From contig OZ245006.1 in NCBI GenBank assembly GCA_965223545.1, positions 3,584,001 to 3,648,000 of the forward strand: 64,000 nt of DNA, read 5' to 3'. Origin of the DNA: Planctomycetota bacterium (GTDB taxonomy: Bacteria; Planctomycetota; UBA1135; UBA2386). The position numbers and the translations under genes were made by a program. The notes under the pieces were generated by a model, which saw nothing but the letters and a program-made list of their open reading frames with translations, ran no database searches and was not told where the DNA came from. Within the stretch, counting starts at the first letter, position 1. The number at the start of each line of letters is the position of its first letter. Below, one piece after another: positions 28,760 through 39,031 of this stretch.

Positions 28760-30012
28760 GGATGGCCAAGCGCGCTTGGTTGTCCGCCTGGCGGCTGGCG
28801 GTGCTCGCCGGCATCGCGCTCCTGGCGGCGCGACTGCACGACAGCGCCACCGTGCGACCGGTCACGCGCGGCGAAGTCATCCCTTTGCTGCCGAGCGCAG
28901 CACGCGTGCTGCCCGTCGCGGGGCCGCTGGGGCACACCGTGCTCGATGAACGCGGCGATCCCGCCGGTCACGCGCTGCGCACCGCACCGCATGGCGACGT
29001 CGCGATCGGCTATGCGGGCCCGACCGATGTGCTGGTCGTGCTCGACGCGGAGGGGCGAATCGCCGGCGCGGCGATCCGCTCGAGCAGCGACACGCCCGGC
29101 CACGTCGCGTCGGTCGCCGCGGATGAGGGGTTTTGGCAACAGCTGGGCGGCCGGTCATGGCAGGCGGTCGCCGGCGCCCGGCGCAGGGAGCTCGGCATCG
29201 ACGGAGTGGCCGGGGCGACGCGCACCAGCGAAGCGGTGGTGGACGCAATCTCCGCCCGACTGGCGTACGCAGAGCGTGCTGCTCTCCCACGCGGCCGCTG
29301 GCGCGTGACCCGCAACGACTTGGCGCTCGTGCTCGCCCTCGGTGTGGGGTTGTGGATGGCGTGGTCGCCCCGCGCTCGCCGGCGCTGGCGCCGGCTGCTG
29401 CAGCTGTTCGTCGTCGGCTGGATCGGCCTGCTCGCCGGCGACCTGCTGGCGCTGTCGCTCGCTGACGGCTGGCTGCGCAGCGGCCTGCCGTGGCGCGCCG
29501 CGCCCGGTCTCGTGCTGTTGGCGGCGGCGGCCGTACTGGTGCCGGCGACCAGCGGGCGGCCGGTGTACTGCGCGCACCTCTGCGCCCACGGCATCCTGCA
29601 GGAGTGGTTGACCCGCTTGCCAGGGCGCAAGACAGCGGTGCCGCGCGACCTCGCCGCCGTCCTCGGCGCCCTGCCCACCGCGCTCCTCGTGTTGTGGATC
29701 GGCGCCATCTGGCTGCGGATCCCACTCGATCCCGCCGCGCTCGAGGCCTTCGACGCGTGGCTCCTGGGCGCGGGCTGCGCGGCCGCGGTCGCCATCGCGA
29801 TCACCGGGCTGGTCGCGGCGGCGTTCGTGCCGATGGCGTACTGCAAGTACGGCTGCGCCACCGGCCAGCTGTTGCGCTTCGTGCGCAGCCACGGGCGGGC
29901 CGACCGCTTCGGCAAACGCGACGGGGTCGCGGCGGCGATCGCGCTGACGGTGCTCGCGCTGCACGGTGCGCAGGACGGGGTGCGCGCATGGCTCGCCGGA
30001 GTGACGCCGTGA
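28756..30012 (+). CDS. FMN-binding / 4Fe-4S membrane protein (NosR/NirI-like)
   Basis: GYAGPT, DGVAGATRTS flavinylation motif, TM helices, YCAHLCAHG and YCKYGCATG. Confidence 0.85.
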   Translation: MRMAKRAWLSAWRLAVLAGIALLAARLHDSATVRPVTRGEVIPLLPSAARVLPVAGPLGHTVLDERGDPAGHALRTAPHGDVAIGYAGPTDVLVVLDAEGRIAGAAIRSSSDTPGHVASVAADEGFWQQLGGRSWQAVAGARRRELGIDGVAGATRTSEAVVDAISARLAYAERAALPRGRWRVTRNDLALVLALGVGLWMAWSPRARRRWRRLLQLFVVGWIGLLAGDLLALSLADGWLRSGLPWRAAPGLVLLAAAAVLVPATSGRPVYCAHLCAHGILQEWLTRLPGRKTAVPRDLAAVLGALPTALLVLWIGAIWLRIPLDPAALEAFDAWLLGAGCAAAVAIAITGLVAAAFVPMAYCKYGCATGQLLRFVRSHGRADRFGKRDGVAAAIALTVLALHGAQDGVRAWLAGVTP

Positions 30013-30416
30013 GCCGCGCGCTCACACTCCGCGCCGTGACCCTCGCGGTCGCACTGGCCCTACTGGGCGCGTGGCTGCTGCGCGACCCCTGGGCCGCCGC
30101 GCAGCGGAGCACGCGGGTCGAGCACGCGCTGAATCAGTTGACGGAGGGCCTTGCGCACTACCACGGCACGATGGGCTCGTACCCGGCGGGTACCGGCCTG
30201 TCGGGTGGAGAGCTCGCCGCGCGACTGACGCGCGCCGGCGTTCTGACCCGACAGCTGCTCAACCCGGACACGGGAGCGCCGTACGGCACCGACCCGCTGG
30301 AGGTCGACAAGACGTTCTACACGGCGGGCACCGACGGCCAGTCGTTCACGCTCGAGGTGCTCGCCGCGGACGGCGATCACATCGTCGCCGCGCGCCGCGG
30401 GCCACCCCAGCCGTGA
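30009..30416 (+). CDS. Small membrane-anchored protein with a pseudopilin (GspG)-like globular part
   Basis: GTGA overlap with the upstream gene. N-terminal TM, then LTEGLAHYHGTMGSYP...LLNPDTG. Confidence 0.55.
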   Translation: MSRALTLRAVTLAVALALLGAWLLRDPWAAAQRSTRVEHALNQLTEGLAHYHGTMGSYPAGTGLSGGELAARLTRAGVLTRQLLNPDTGAPYGTDPLEVDKTFYTAGTDGQSFTLEVLAADGDHIVAARRGPPQP

Positions 30417-30434
30417 AGTGACCGGCGGTACCCC

Positions 30435-31076
30435 TCACGGCAGCTCGTCGACTGCATCCAGCGCGTGGGTCTCGTCGTGCGCCGCCGCACACCACTCCTG
30501 CACGCCGGCATGCTGCAGGAGCTGCTCGGCATACCGACCCGCGGCACCGTCGAACGGCAATCGGTAGCTGCGCAGGCGCGCGGCGACCGGCGCGAAGAAC
30601 GCGTCGACGATGCCGAACTCGCCGAACATGAACGGCCCGGCCGCGGCATCGAAGATCTGTTGCATGCGCGCCAAGTCGGCGCTCGTCGCCGTCGTCGGCC
30701 CGCCGCGCAGCACTCGGTCGCGGCGCACGTTGAGCGCGAGCTGCTCGCGCAGCGCGGCAAAGCCGGAGTGCATCTCGGCGCACAGCGCTCGCGCCCGGGC
30801 GCGATCCCGCGCGTCGGCCGGCCAGAGGCGGCTCTCGGGCGCCAGCTCGGCGACACGCTCGCAGATCGCCAGCGAATCCCAAACCGCGTTGCCATCGACC
30901 TCGAGCACCGGCACCCGAGCGGTCGGCGCGTAGCGCAGCTTCTCGGCGAGGGCGGTGGGCGTGTCGAGCTCGAGCAGGGTCGTGCGGAAGGCGAGTCCCG
31001 ATGCGCGCAGCGCCAGCCACGCGCGCATCGACCAGGACGAGTAGTTGCGGTCGCCGATGACGAGGTGCAGATCCAT
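30435..31076 (-). CDS. Glutathione S-transferase family protein
   Basis: NYSSWSMRAW, RVPVL, WDSLAICE, AEMHSGF and DAFFAPV. Confidence 0.95.
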   Translation of the reverse strand: MDLHLVIGDRNYSSWSMRAWLALRASGLAFRTTLLELDTPTALAEKLRYAPTARVPVLEVDGNAVWDSLAICERVAELAPESRLWPADARDRARARALCAEMHSGFAALREQLALNVRRDRVLRGGPTTATSADLARMQQIFDAAAGPFMFGEFGIVDAFFAPVAARLRSYRLPFDGAAGRYAEQLLQHAGVQEWCAAAHDETHALDAVDELP

Positions 31077-31164
31077 GGCGTCTTCAGCCACCATTTTGCC
31101 AAGATCGGGGCTCGCTCTGAACCCGGTACCCCCGGCTCCGGCGTTACCCCCCTACCGAGCCCCG

Positions 31165-33501
31165 ATGTCGACCACGTCCGCCCCCGATCAACTGCTGCGC
31201 GACTGCGACTGGCTGCAGCGGTTTGCCCGCGCGCTGGTGCACGACCGGCACGCCGCCGAAGACATCGGGCAGGAAGCCATGCTGCGCGCCCTGGGCGCGC
31301 GACCGCAGGCGCCCCTGGCCCGCTCGTGGCTGGTGAAGGTGGCGCGCAACCTGGTCACCTCGGCCGGCCGGCGCCAGCGCAGCGAGGCGGAGGCGCACAC
31401 GAGACTTGCCCCACCGCGGGCCGCCCCATCGGCGGCGGAGCTCGCGGCCAACGCCGAGCTGCAACAGCGCGCACTGGCGGCGGTGCTGCGATTGCCAGAG
31501 CCGTACCAGCGCACGATCTTGCTGCGTTACATGCAGGGCCTCACCGTCAGTGAGGTCGCGGCCGCCATGCAGGTGCCCGCCGAAACCGTGCGCACGCGCC
31601 AGCGGCGGGCGCTGCGCTCGCTGCGCACCGCGCTGTCGGCGGGAACACCGCGACAGCAACGCTGCTGGCCATGGTTTGTGATCGGAGGAGGAGCGATGAC
31701 GACGACAGTGACGAAGACCGCTCTCGGGGTCGGCGCCGCAGCGGTCGCGGCCCTTTGCCTTTGGGCGAGCTGGCCCGCGCCGACGGGCCGCGCGCCAGCA
31801 GCGGAGGAACGCCCACCGGCACACACTCTGCACGGCGACGAGGGGGCACGGCCCACCACGCCGACGCGAACGGCAGTCCCCGCGGCGCAAGCACCTGCCC
31901 CCGCGCCGGCGGACGCCACAGCGGCGTCGACCGCGACACTCACGATCCGCGCGATCTGGCTCGACCGAGGACCGGCGGCGGACCTCGACTTGCTCCTGCG
32001 GGGGCCGAACCAGCGCGCCGGGCGACGGGCGACGACCGACTCGAGTGGCGTCGCCACATTCTCGGCCCTGGCACCGGGCACGCATCGCCTGTGCTCGTTC
32101 GCCAACTTGCACGAAGAGAAGATCGAGCTGAGCAGCGGCGACCACCTCGAGCACGTCGTGTTCCTCGAGCCCGAAACCGAGATCGGGGGCGTCGTGGTCG
32201 ACCCCGACGGTAGACCAGTCCCCGGCGCCGAGTTGATCGGGGTCTGGGGGGGCACGGATCCACAGTGGGTGTATCGCGTCGGTCGAACCGACGACGCCGG
32301 ACGCTTCACGGTGCGCGGCCTGCGGTCGGTGAGCCAACTCGGTGCGCGCCACCCGCACCTCGGCACCTCGGGCCTGGCGGTGATCGCCGCTCAGCGGCGC
32401 GGCGACGCGGCCCCACGGCCCCTGCGCCTCGAGCTGCCGGGCAGTGCTGCCGCCGTGCGCGGCCGCGTACTCGACCCGCGCGGCCGCCCGCTGGCGGGCG
32501 TTTGGGTGCGACTCGGAGAGTACGGCCGGATCAAGAGGGACGCACACGGACAGTCGCTGCAAGAGCCGAACGGCGGCGTCCACGCGACCGACGCGGACGG
32601 CACCTTTGCAGTGAACGCGCTGGCACCCGGCAACTGGCGCTTGCGCGTGTTCGCTGCGGGGTTCGCGCCACTCGATCGCCAGCTCCGCCTCGAGCCCCAC
32701 ACGACGCGGTCCTTCGAGCTCGCCCTGCAGCCCGGAGGTGCTGTGCACGGCTCGGTGCGCGGTGGCGGAGGCGCGCCGATCGAGGGCGTCGAGGTCGAAG
32801 TCGAAGGCGGCTGGTACCCGGCGACCACGCGAGCACACACCGACGAGGACGGTGCGTTTCAGCTGGCTTCGCTCGCCGCCGGCGAGGTCTTATTGACGTT
32901 CTCGGCTGCCGGTCAGGCGGACGCCACGCGAGTTGCGACGGTCGTCGCCGGCAGCACCCAGCACATCGACGTCACCATGACCGCCGGCCACGTGCTGAGC
33001 GGTCGCTTGATCGACGAACATGGACAGCCCCTGGCGGGCTGGGCCATCCGCGCCGAGGGTCAGCAGCGTGGCACCAAGACCGCCCGCGACGGCACGTTCT
33101 CCCTCGACGCAGTGGCGATGGAGCCGCTCACCCTGGTGGTCCGCGAGCGCATGGGCTTCGAGCCCGAACGCACGCGTTTTAGCGGGATCCTCCCCGGCGC
33201 CCCGGTCGAGCTCACCGTCTCTTCCGACACCGCGCCCAGCGCCTGGCTGACCGGAACCGCCACCGATCCCCGCGGCCAACCCTTGGCCGGCGTGTCGATC
33301 ACCGTCTCGCAACGCGGGTGGCCCTTGCCGGGGTTGGGAGTGCGCACCGATGCCACCGGCCAGTTCCGCGTCGGCCCGCTGCCGCCGGGGCAATACACGG
33401 TTGCGGTCGCGCAAGCAGACTGGCGCAGTCCCGACCTCGACGTCGAAGTGCGCGCCGCCGAGGAGCGAACGCTCGGCGCGGTGATCGCCGCACCGCGGTG
33501 A
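31165..33501 (+). CDS. ECF sigma factor fused via a TM helix to carboxypeptidase-regulatory-like repeats
   Basis: Sigma regions AEDIGQEA, WLVKVARN, LPEPYQ and ETVRTR. TM helix, then repeated G.V.D..G.P..G and TD..G.F motifs. Confidence 0.9.
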   Translation: MSTTSAPDQLLRDCDWLQRFARALVHDRHAAEDIGQEAMLRALGARPQAPLARSWLVKVARNLVTSAGRRQRSEAEAHTRLAPPRAAPSAAELAANAELQQRALAAVLRLPEPYQRTILLRYMQGLTVSEVAAAMQVPAETVRTRQRRALRSLRTALSAGTPRQQRCWPWFVIGGGAMTTTVTKTALGVGAAAVAALCLWASWPAPTGRAPAAEERPPAHTLHGDEGARPTTPTRTAVPAAQAPAPAPADATAASTATLTIRAIWLDRGPAADLDLLLRGPNQRAGRRATTDSSGVATFSALAPGTHRLCSFANLHEEKIELSSGDHLEHVVFLEPETEIGGVVVDPDGRPVPGAELIGVWGGTDPQWVYRVGRTDDAGRFTVRGLRSVSQLGARHPHLGTSGLAVIAAQRRGDAAPRPLRLELPGSAAAVRGRVLDPRGRPLAGVWVRLGEYGRIKRDAHGQSLQEPNGGVHATDADGTFAVNALAPGNWRLRVFAAGFAPLDRQLRLEPHTTRSFELALQPGGAVHGSVRGGGGAPIEGVEVEVEGGWYPATTRAHTDEDGAFQLASLAAGEVLLTFSAAGQADATRVATVVAGSTQHIDVTMTAGHVLSGRLIDEHGQPLAGWAIRAEGQQRGTKTARDGTFSLDAVAMEPLTLVVRERMGFEPERTRFSGILPGAPVELTVSSDTAPSAWLTGTATDPRGQPLAGVSITVSQRGWPLPGLGVRTDATGQFRVGPLPPGQYTVAVAQADWRSPDLDVEVRAAEERTLGAVIAAPR

Positions 33502-33522
33502 GCGCGTCGCTGATCACGCGGG

Positions 33523-34821
33523 CTACCTCCCGACGAGCACGGCCAGCCCCGGGCTCACTGCCAGGGCATTGTTGGGATCGATCGCCTGGCCACGGAAGAC
33601 CGCGCCCATGAGCGATGCGGAGTTGGGGATCGGCACCGGTGTGCGCGCGAACCCGGCCGCGTCAGCCGGCGCAGCCAGCAGCAGGTCGGCGGAGACCCGC
33701 AGCGGACAGCCGCCCGGCAGCGCCAGCGGCAAGGACGCCCCGCGCAGCACCTGGTCGGAGGTTCCCAGCGCGAGGATCGCCGTCGCGTTTGGCGTCAACC
33801 CTCCGGCCTGCAGTGCGAACTGCGTGTTGCCGACGTGCGGCCGCGACCACTCGAACAGATCGATGCCGGCTCCCTGCCCGCACGCCAAACCGAAGCGCAC
33901 CGCCCGGCCGACGTCCGAACGCGCGACGTCGAAGTCGACCGGGTCGCCCGGCAGCGGCCCCGCGACGATCCGCCACGGCCGCGCGGGGGCAGTGGCCAGG
34001 TTGACGACCTCCTTGAGGAACGGGTGCGCGGCATTCCCCAGCACCAAGGGGGAGCTGAATCGCTGCGCGCGCACGCGCACGGTCGCGCCGGCCGGCAGCA
34101 GCGGGGTGAAGGGAATCACTTCGGGCTGCTGGCTTCGCACGCCGACCGACACCGTGCCGTCGTCGTTGGCGAACAAGACGTGGCCCACGGCGTTCTGCAT
34201 TTGGAACACGCCGCGGATGCCGAATGGGCGGTAGCCGGCCATCGGCACTCCCGACGGCTGCTGGGCTCCGGTCAGCGGATCGAACACGAGCAGCTGCGGC
34301 TCGGTCGCCGGCGCCACTCCCGACTGCGCCACGAGCACGCCGCCGGCGAACCCGAGCTCACCGACTGCGTCGGCCCGCGGTAGCGGACTCAGCCGCGTCG
34401 CGGTGCCGCCCGTCCGCGGCAGCTGGTACAGACCGGCGCTCGCGCCCGTCGCGGTCAGCACCAGCGCGTCATCTCCGGCGAAGGCGAAGTCGGTGACCAC
34501 CGCCGGAACCACGCCGACGAGACGGCTCGCGGTGACCTGCCGGGCGCCGACGCTGAGCCGATAGACCGGCGTGTTGGCGCCGCCGTCGAGCGCCAGAAAC
34601 ACATCGTTGCCATGCGGGTCGAGGCGCAATGCGCGGGGTGGCGCTCCATCGACGGCGAATCGCGGATAGATCGTCTGGCCGCCACCGCGCACGTCGACTT
34701 CGACCAGCAATGTGGCCGCCGGGGTGTTGGTCCGCACGGCGACCAGGACGTGATCGAACGCCACCTGCGCCGTGACCGGAGCGGTGGTCAGGGCGGCGAG
34801 CAGCCAGGGTAGTGAGCGCAT
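33523..34821 (-). CDS. Secreted beta-rich protein with Cys-pair C-terminal domain
   Basis: Signal peptide ending VTA-Q, then FGLACG...PHVGN...GGCPL...PIPN...GQA. Confidence 0.75.
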   Translation of the reverse strand: MRSLPWLLAALTTAPVTAQVAFDHVLVAVRTNTPAATLLVEVDVRGGGQTIYPRFAVDGAPPRALRLDPHGNDVFLALDGGANTPVYRLSVGARQVTASRLVGVVPAVVTDFAFAGDDALVLTATGASAGLYQLPRTGGTATRLSPLPRADAVGELGFAGGVLVAQSGVAPATEPQLLVFDPLTGAQQPSGVPMAGYRPFGIRGVFQMQNAVGHVLFANDDGTVSVGVRSQQPEVIPFTPLLPAGATVRVRAQRFSSPLVLGNAAHPFLKEVVNLATAPARPWRIVAGPLPGDPVDFDVARSDVGRAVRFGLACGQGAGIDLFEWSRPHVGNTQFALQAGGLTPNATAILALGTSDQVLRGASLPLALPGGCPLRVSADLLLAAPADAAGFARTPVPIPNSASLMGAVFRGQAIDPNNALAVSPGLAVLVGR

Positions 34822-34977
34822 TTTTCGAATCCCTTGGAGTGAGAGGTGCCGCTCCGGGCTACGAGCAGGCGTGCGCGCCGGTCCCGATCCAGGCAGACCT
34901 CCCCGATCGCCCGCGGGGATTTGGTTGCACCCTTTCTCGCCGCGCGGGCGAGGAAGTTCCCCCAGGCTCTCCCACGC

Positions 34978-35949
34978 ATGCAACACGCACTCCTCCGTAC
35001 CGGCATCACCGTCTTCACCGCGATCACGCTGGCACCGTTGGCCGCCCAGCGGCAGCAGGCCACGCTGCACATCGACGAGCACACCGCCGTCCTCGACTAC
35101 GGTGTGCCGCGCTGGGGCAAACACTCGCTCGACGCCCTACCGGCCGGCAAGACCTGGCGCTTGGGCAGCAACGAGGCTTCGACCCTGACCACCGACGTGC
35201 CGCTGTTCACCGGCCGCGGCATGGTCGCGCCGGGCGCCTATCGCTGCCGGCTCTACCGGCACAAGGATGGCCAGCGCTATTACCTGCAGCTCGACTACGG
35301 ACGCTGGGCGCAGGGACTGAAGGCCCACGCCGAACGGCTGCCGGCGTCGCTGGTCGAGGGCGAGCCCGCCGAACGCCTGGCGATCGAGTGGCAAGATCGC
35401 GCCGCGGGGGCGCCCTCCCCCGAAGGCGGTGGAGATGCAGCGGCGCGCACCGCGGCACCCGCCAACATGCATGCAGTCGATCTGATCGCGAACTTCGGCC
35501 CCCACCAAATGCGCGTCGAGTTCACGGCAGCACCGGGCACCGCAGTGGGTCGCCTCCGCGGCTACACCCTGACCGCGTTTCAGATCCCGAGCGATCGGAT
35601 CGAGGCGCGCAACGAGCGCGAGCTGCCCACCGTGGTCGCCACCCTCAGGCCCAGAAAACCGGTGCGCAGCCGCAAGCAGCCGCCGTTCTTCAACCTGCTG
35701 ATCTCGGGCGACACGCTCTCGCTCGAACCCGCGCTGCGGGCGCCCACCGACTCGTTCGGCTTCGCCTCGCTCGAGCCGTGGCCCGACGAGTGGCGAGCGC
35801 GCGCCGAGGGCGAATGGCAGGCGGCCGACGCCGAGTACGCGCACTTCACCATCACCGGCGTCGAGCAGAAGCGCCGCACGCTCACCTTGCACTGCGCGCT
35901 CGGCCGCCGGACCGCCACGCTACAGGTCGAGATCCCGCGACCCCGGTGA
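34978..35949 (+). CDS. DUF2911-like secreted protein
   Basis: Signal peptide, then DYGVP...WRLGSNEASTLTTD...APGAY. Confidence 0.7.
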   Translation: MQHALLRTGITVFTAITLAPLAAQRQQATLHIDEHTAVLDYGVPRWGKHSLDALPAGKTWRLGSNEASTLTTDVPLFTGRGMVAPGAYRCRLYRHKDGQRYYLQLDYGRWAQGLKAHAERLPASLVEGEPAERLAIEWQDRAAGAPSPEGGGDAAARTAAPANMHAVDLIANFGPHQMRVEFTAAPGTAVGRLRGYTLTAFQIPSDRIEARNERELPTVVATLRPRKPVRSRKQPPFFNLLISGDTLSLEPALRAPTDSFGFASLEPWPDEWRARAEGEWQAADAEYAHFTITGVEQKRRTLTLHCALGRRTATLQVEIPRPR

Positions 35950-35965
35950 TCCTCTCAGACCCAGC

Positions 35966-36619
35966 TTACGCCGGCACCTTGACGCCGACCCAACAGCCGT
36001 CGCCGAGCGGCACGATGATGCCGTCGACATCGGCGCGGGCCGCCATGGCATCGTTGAACGCGGCGATCGCGCGCACGTCATCGGCAGCGTCCTCGTCGAA
36101 CAGACGACCGAAGCCGAACGCGTTGTCGACCATCACCAACCCGCCCGGGCGCAGGATGCGCAGGCACTCGTCGAGATAGGCGCCGTAGCCCTCCTTGTCG
36201 GCGTCGATGAAGCACGCATCCGCGCTGGCGTCGGCGAAGTCCCGCAGCAGGACCCGCGCGTCGCCGGTGTGCACGGCGATCCGGCCGGCGACGTCCGACT
36301 TCGCGATCCACTCACGCGCGAAGTCGGCGTGCCGCGGCTCGAGCTCGAGCGTATCGACGCGTCCCGCGTCGCTCAGGCCGCGCGCCATGGAGATCGCCGA
36401 GTAGCCGGCGAGCGTTCCCACTTCGATCACCGTCTCGGCGGCGATGGCACGCAGCAGGATGCGCATCAGGCTGGCCTGCTCGGGCGAGATCCAGATTCGC
36501 GGAATCCCGGCCTGCTCCGCCGCAACTTTCAGAGCGCGCAGAAACTCGTCCTCGCCGCGGGTGTGCGCGGCGAGGTAGGCGACGTGCTGGGCCGACACGG
36601 GCATCGATTCGCTCGACAT
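35966..36619 (-). CDS. O-methyltransferase (COMT/CCoAOMT family)
   Basis: EVGTLAGYS, FIDADK and LRPGGLVMVDN. Confidence 0.95.
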   Translation of the reverse strand: MSSESMPVSAQHVAYLAAHTRGEDEFLRALKVAAEQAGIPRIWISPEQASLMRILLRAIAAETVIEVGTLAGYSAISMARGLSDAGRVDTLELEPRHADFAREWIAKSDVAGRIAVHTGDARVLLRDFADASADACFIDADKEGYGAYLDECLRILRPGGLVMVDNAFGFGRLFDEDAADDVRAIAAFNDAMAARADVDGIIVPLGDGCWVGVKVPA

Positions 36620-36695
36620 GCCGTGCACGGTAGCGAACGGGCGGCCGACGGACAGACCGCGGCCGCGGACTCTCGCTATCATCCACCACTCTGCG

Positions 36696-37070
<375 letters not shown>

Positions 37071-37080
37071 AACGCGGAGC

Positions 37081-38964
37081 TCACTGCCCCGCCGCGGCCG
37101 CCACGACGCGCAGCCGGCTGGGCGGCAGGCACATGTTCTCGTCGCAGACTTGGTAGCGGAGCTCGCACGCGACCTCGGCACCGGACAGGAGCTCGCCGCT
37201 GATCTCGTGCCGGAACTCGAGCTGGCCTTCGTAGACCGTGATCTCCGGATCGGCGGGGTAGGGCGCGCCCGCCGGCAGCTGCCAATCGCCGACCGCGGTC
37301 ATGCCGCCGGGCAAGTCCAGGGTGACGGTCATCGGCACGTAGGGCTGTCCTTCGGGCACATCGCGGTAGGCGTGCCAGCCCTCGAGAATGGATACCGCCA
37401 AGACGAGCGCGTGGTTGCCGTCCTGCTGTGACGTGACCGCGAGGGCGCCGACGACCGGCTCGTCGAGGCTCGGCTCGAGCAAGACCGCCGACCCGACCTC
37501 GGGCAAGGCCGCGCGTGCGCGGGGCGCGCGCGCATCCACCAGCCACTTGAAGCCACCGATCTCGGTGAAGAACAGACGATCGCGGTTCTCGTCCAGCCAC
37601 GCCGCCCACTCCGCAGCGGTCGCGAAGCGCTCGTCGGTGTAGCGCTGGAGCAGGGTGCGGGCGAGCTGTGCGCGCTCGCCGTCGCCGGCCCGCAGCGCCC
37701 CGACCGCACGGTCGAGTAGAGCGGGATCGTGATTGGCGACACCGAAGGCGCGCAGCTCCTCGTCGACCACCAACTGGTACCAACCCTCGCCGCGCAGGTA
37801 CGGCAAGTCGGCCTCGATGCGCGCGCGGATCGCGGTTTCATCGCCGGCCAACGCCTCCCAGTCCTCTTCGGGCACGAAGCGCTTTACCGGCGCGAACCGC
37901 TCGGGCGCCTTCGGCAGAGGACTGTCGAGCGCTCGGCGTTCGACATCGGCGACACTCTCACCGGCCGCGATCCGCGCGCGGATCTCGGCGTTGCGCTCGC
38001 GAATGCGTTGAAGAAAGTACTCGTGCTGCGCGAGCTCCACGGCATGGCCGGCCTCGCTGATGCGGTCGAGCGCTTCGCGAACACCCGCGCGCGACATGAT
38101 TCCCGGTACCCGGCGCGCGATCGGCCGCCGGCCGTCGAACTTCGCGATGTAGTGGATCGCGTTGACGAACACCAGCTTGGCCTCTTCCGTCATGTACGTC
38201 GGTGAAGCGGCGAACCCCCAGTGGAACAGGTTGCCGTGCCGGCCCAGTGCCACCGCGTCCGGCCGCTTGGTGTTGACCCCGCCCGAGATCCACTCGACGT
38301 CCGGCGAATCGAGAAAGCCCGCATCGCTCGAGACGACGCCGATCAGCTGATCGTCGCCGTCGGTGTAGCCCTCGGTCTGCACCCGCCACATCGGCATCGT
38401 ATCGCCGAGGTCGAAGCGGCCGTAGGCCTGTGGCGTCGGCTGTTCTTCGATGGTCAGCGCGACCTGGTGCGGTGTGTGGAAGATCTCGTGGTCGACGCGC
38501 ATCCCGTGCGCGTGGGCATCGAGGCACATTCAAAGCCAGTCGAACTTGCTGCCGAGCGACTCGCCGACCCAAGGGGAGTTCTCCGCGATCAACAGCGCCG
38601 GCCGGTCGAACCCTTCGGGCAAGTAGACCGGGACGCCGCGCTCCGGTTCACGCAGCGCCTTCGGCCGGCAGTCGAACACGGTGACGTCGAAGTCGTCCGA
38701 CATCGCGGCGTCGTAGTCCGCGCCGTACACGACCTCGACGTGATCGAAGTGGTAACGCAGCAGAGCCTCGAACGCCGCCGTGCGCTCGCGGTAGAGGCGG
38801 TGCGTGCGCGGTTTGGCCAAGCTGGTGAACGGCAGCTTGGGAGCTTGCGGATCGTGACCGACGAGCAGCACCCGCGGCGCGGCTTCCGGTATCGGATCGA
38901 CCTGCGCCGGCACGGCGAAGCCGAGCGACAGCGACAGGGTCGAGGAAACGATGACGTGGCGCAT
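37081..38964 (-). CDS. Putative selenoprotein (Sec codon at 38530-38532) with C-terminal DsbD-N-like domain
   Basis: Two abutting in-frame ORFs joined by one TGA give FDWL-U-MCLDAHAH. A hairpin follows 16 nt downstream. Only the first ORF has a signal peptide. C-terminal GWHAY...YQVCDENMCLPP. Confidence 0.75.
38495..38513 (-). promoter_or_regulatory. Candidate bacterial SECIS element
   Basis: ACGCGCA-CGGGA-TGCGCGT 7-bp stem. The G-containing loop begins 23 nt after the UGA. Confidence 0.6.
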
Positions 38965-39031
38965 GACAACCTCTGGGTCAGGAGAATCGCGTGTCCAGGG
39001 TAGCAAACCCGCGTTCTCGGCGAAGTGCACG

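Noticed and set aside
28756..30012. Denitrification gene nosR
   Set aside because: Shorter architecture than NosR and no nosZ or nir genes nearby.
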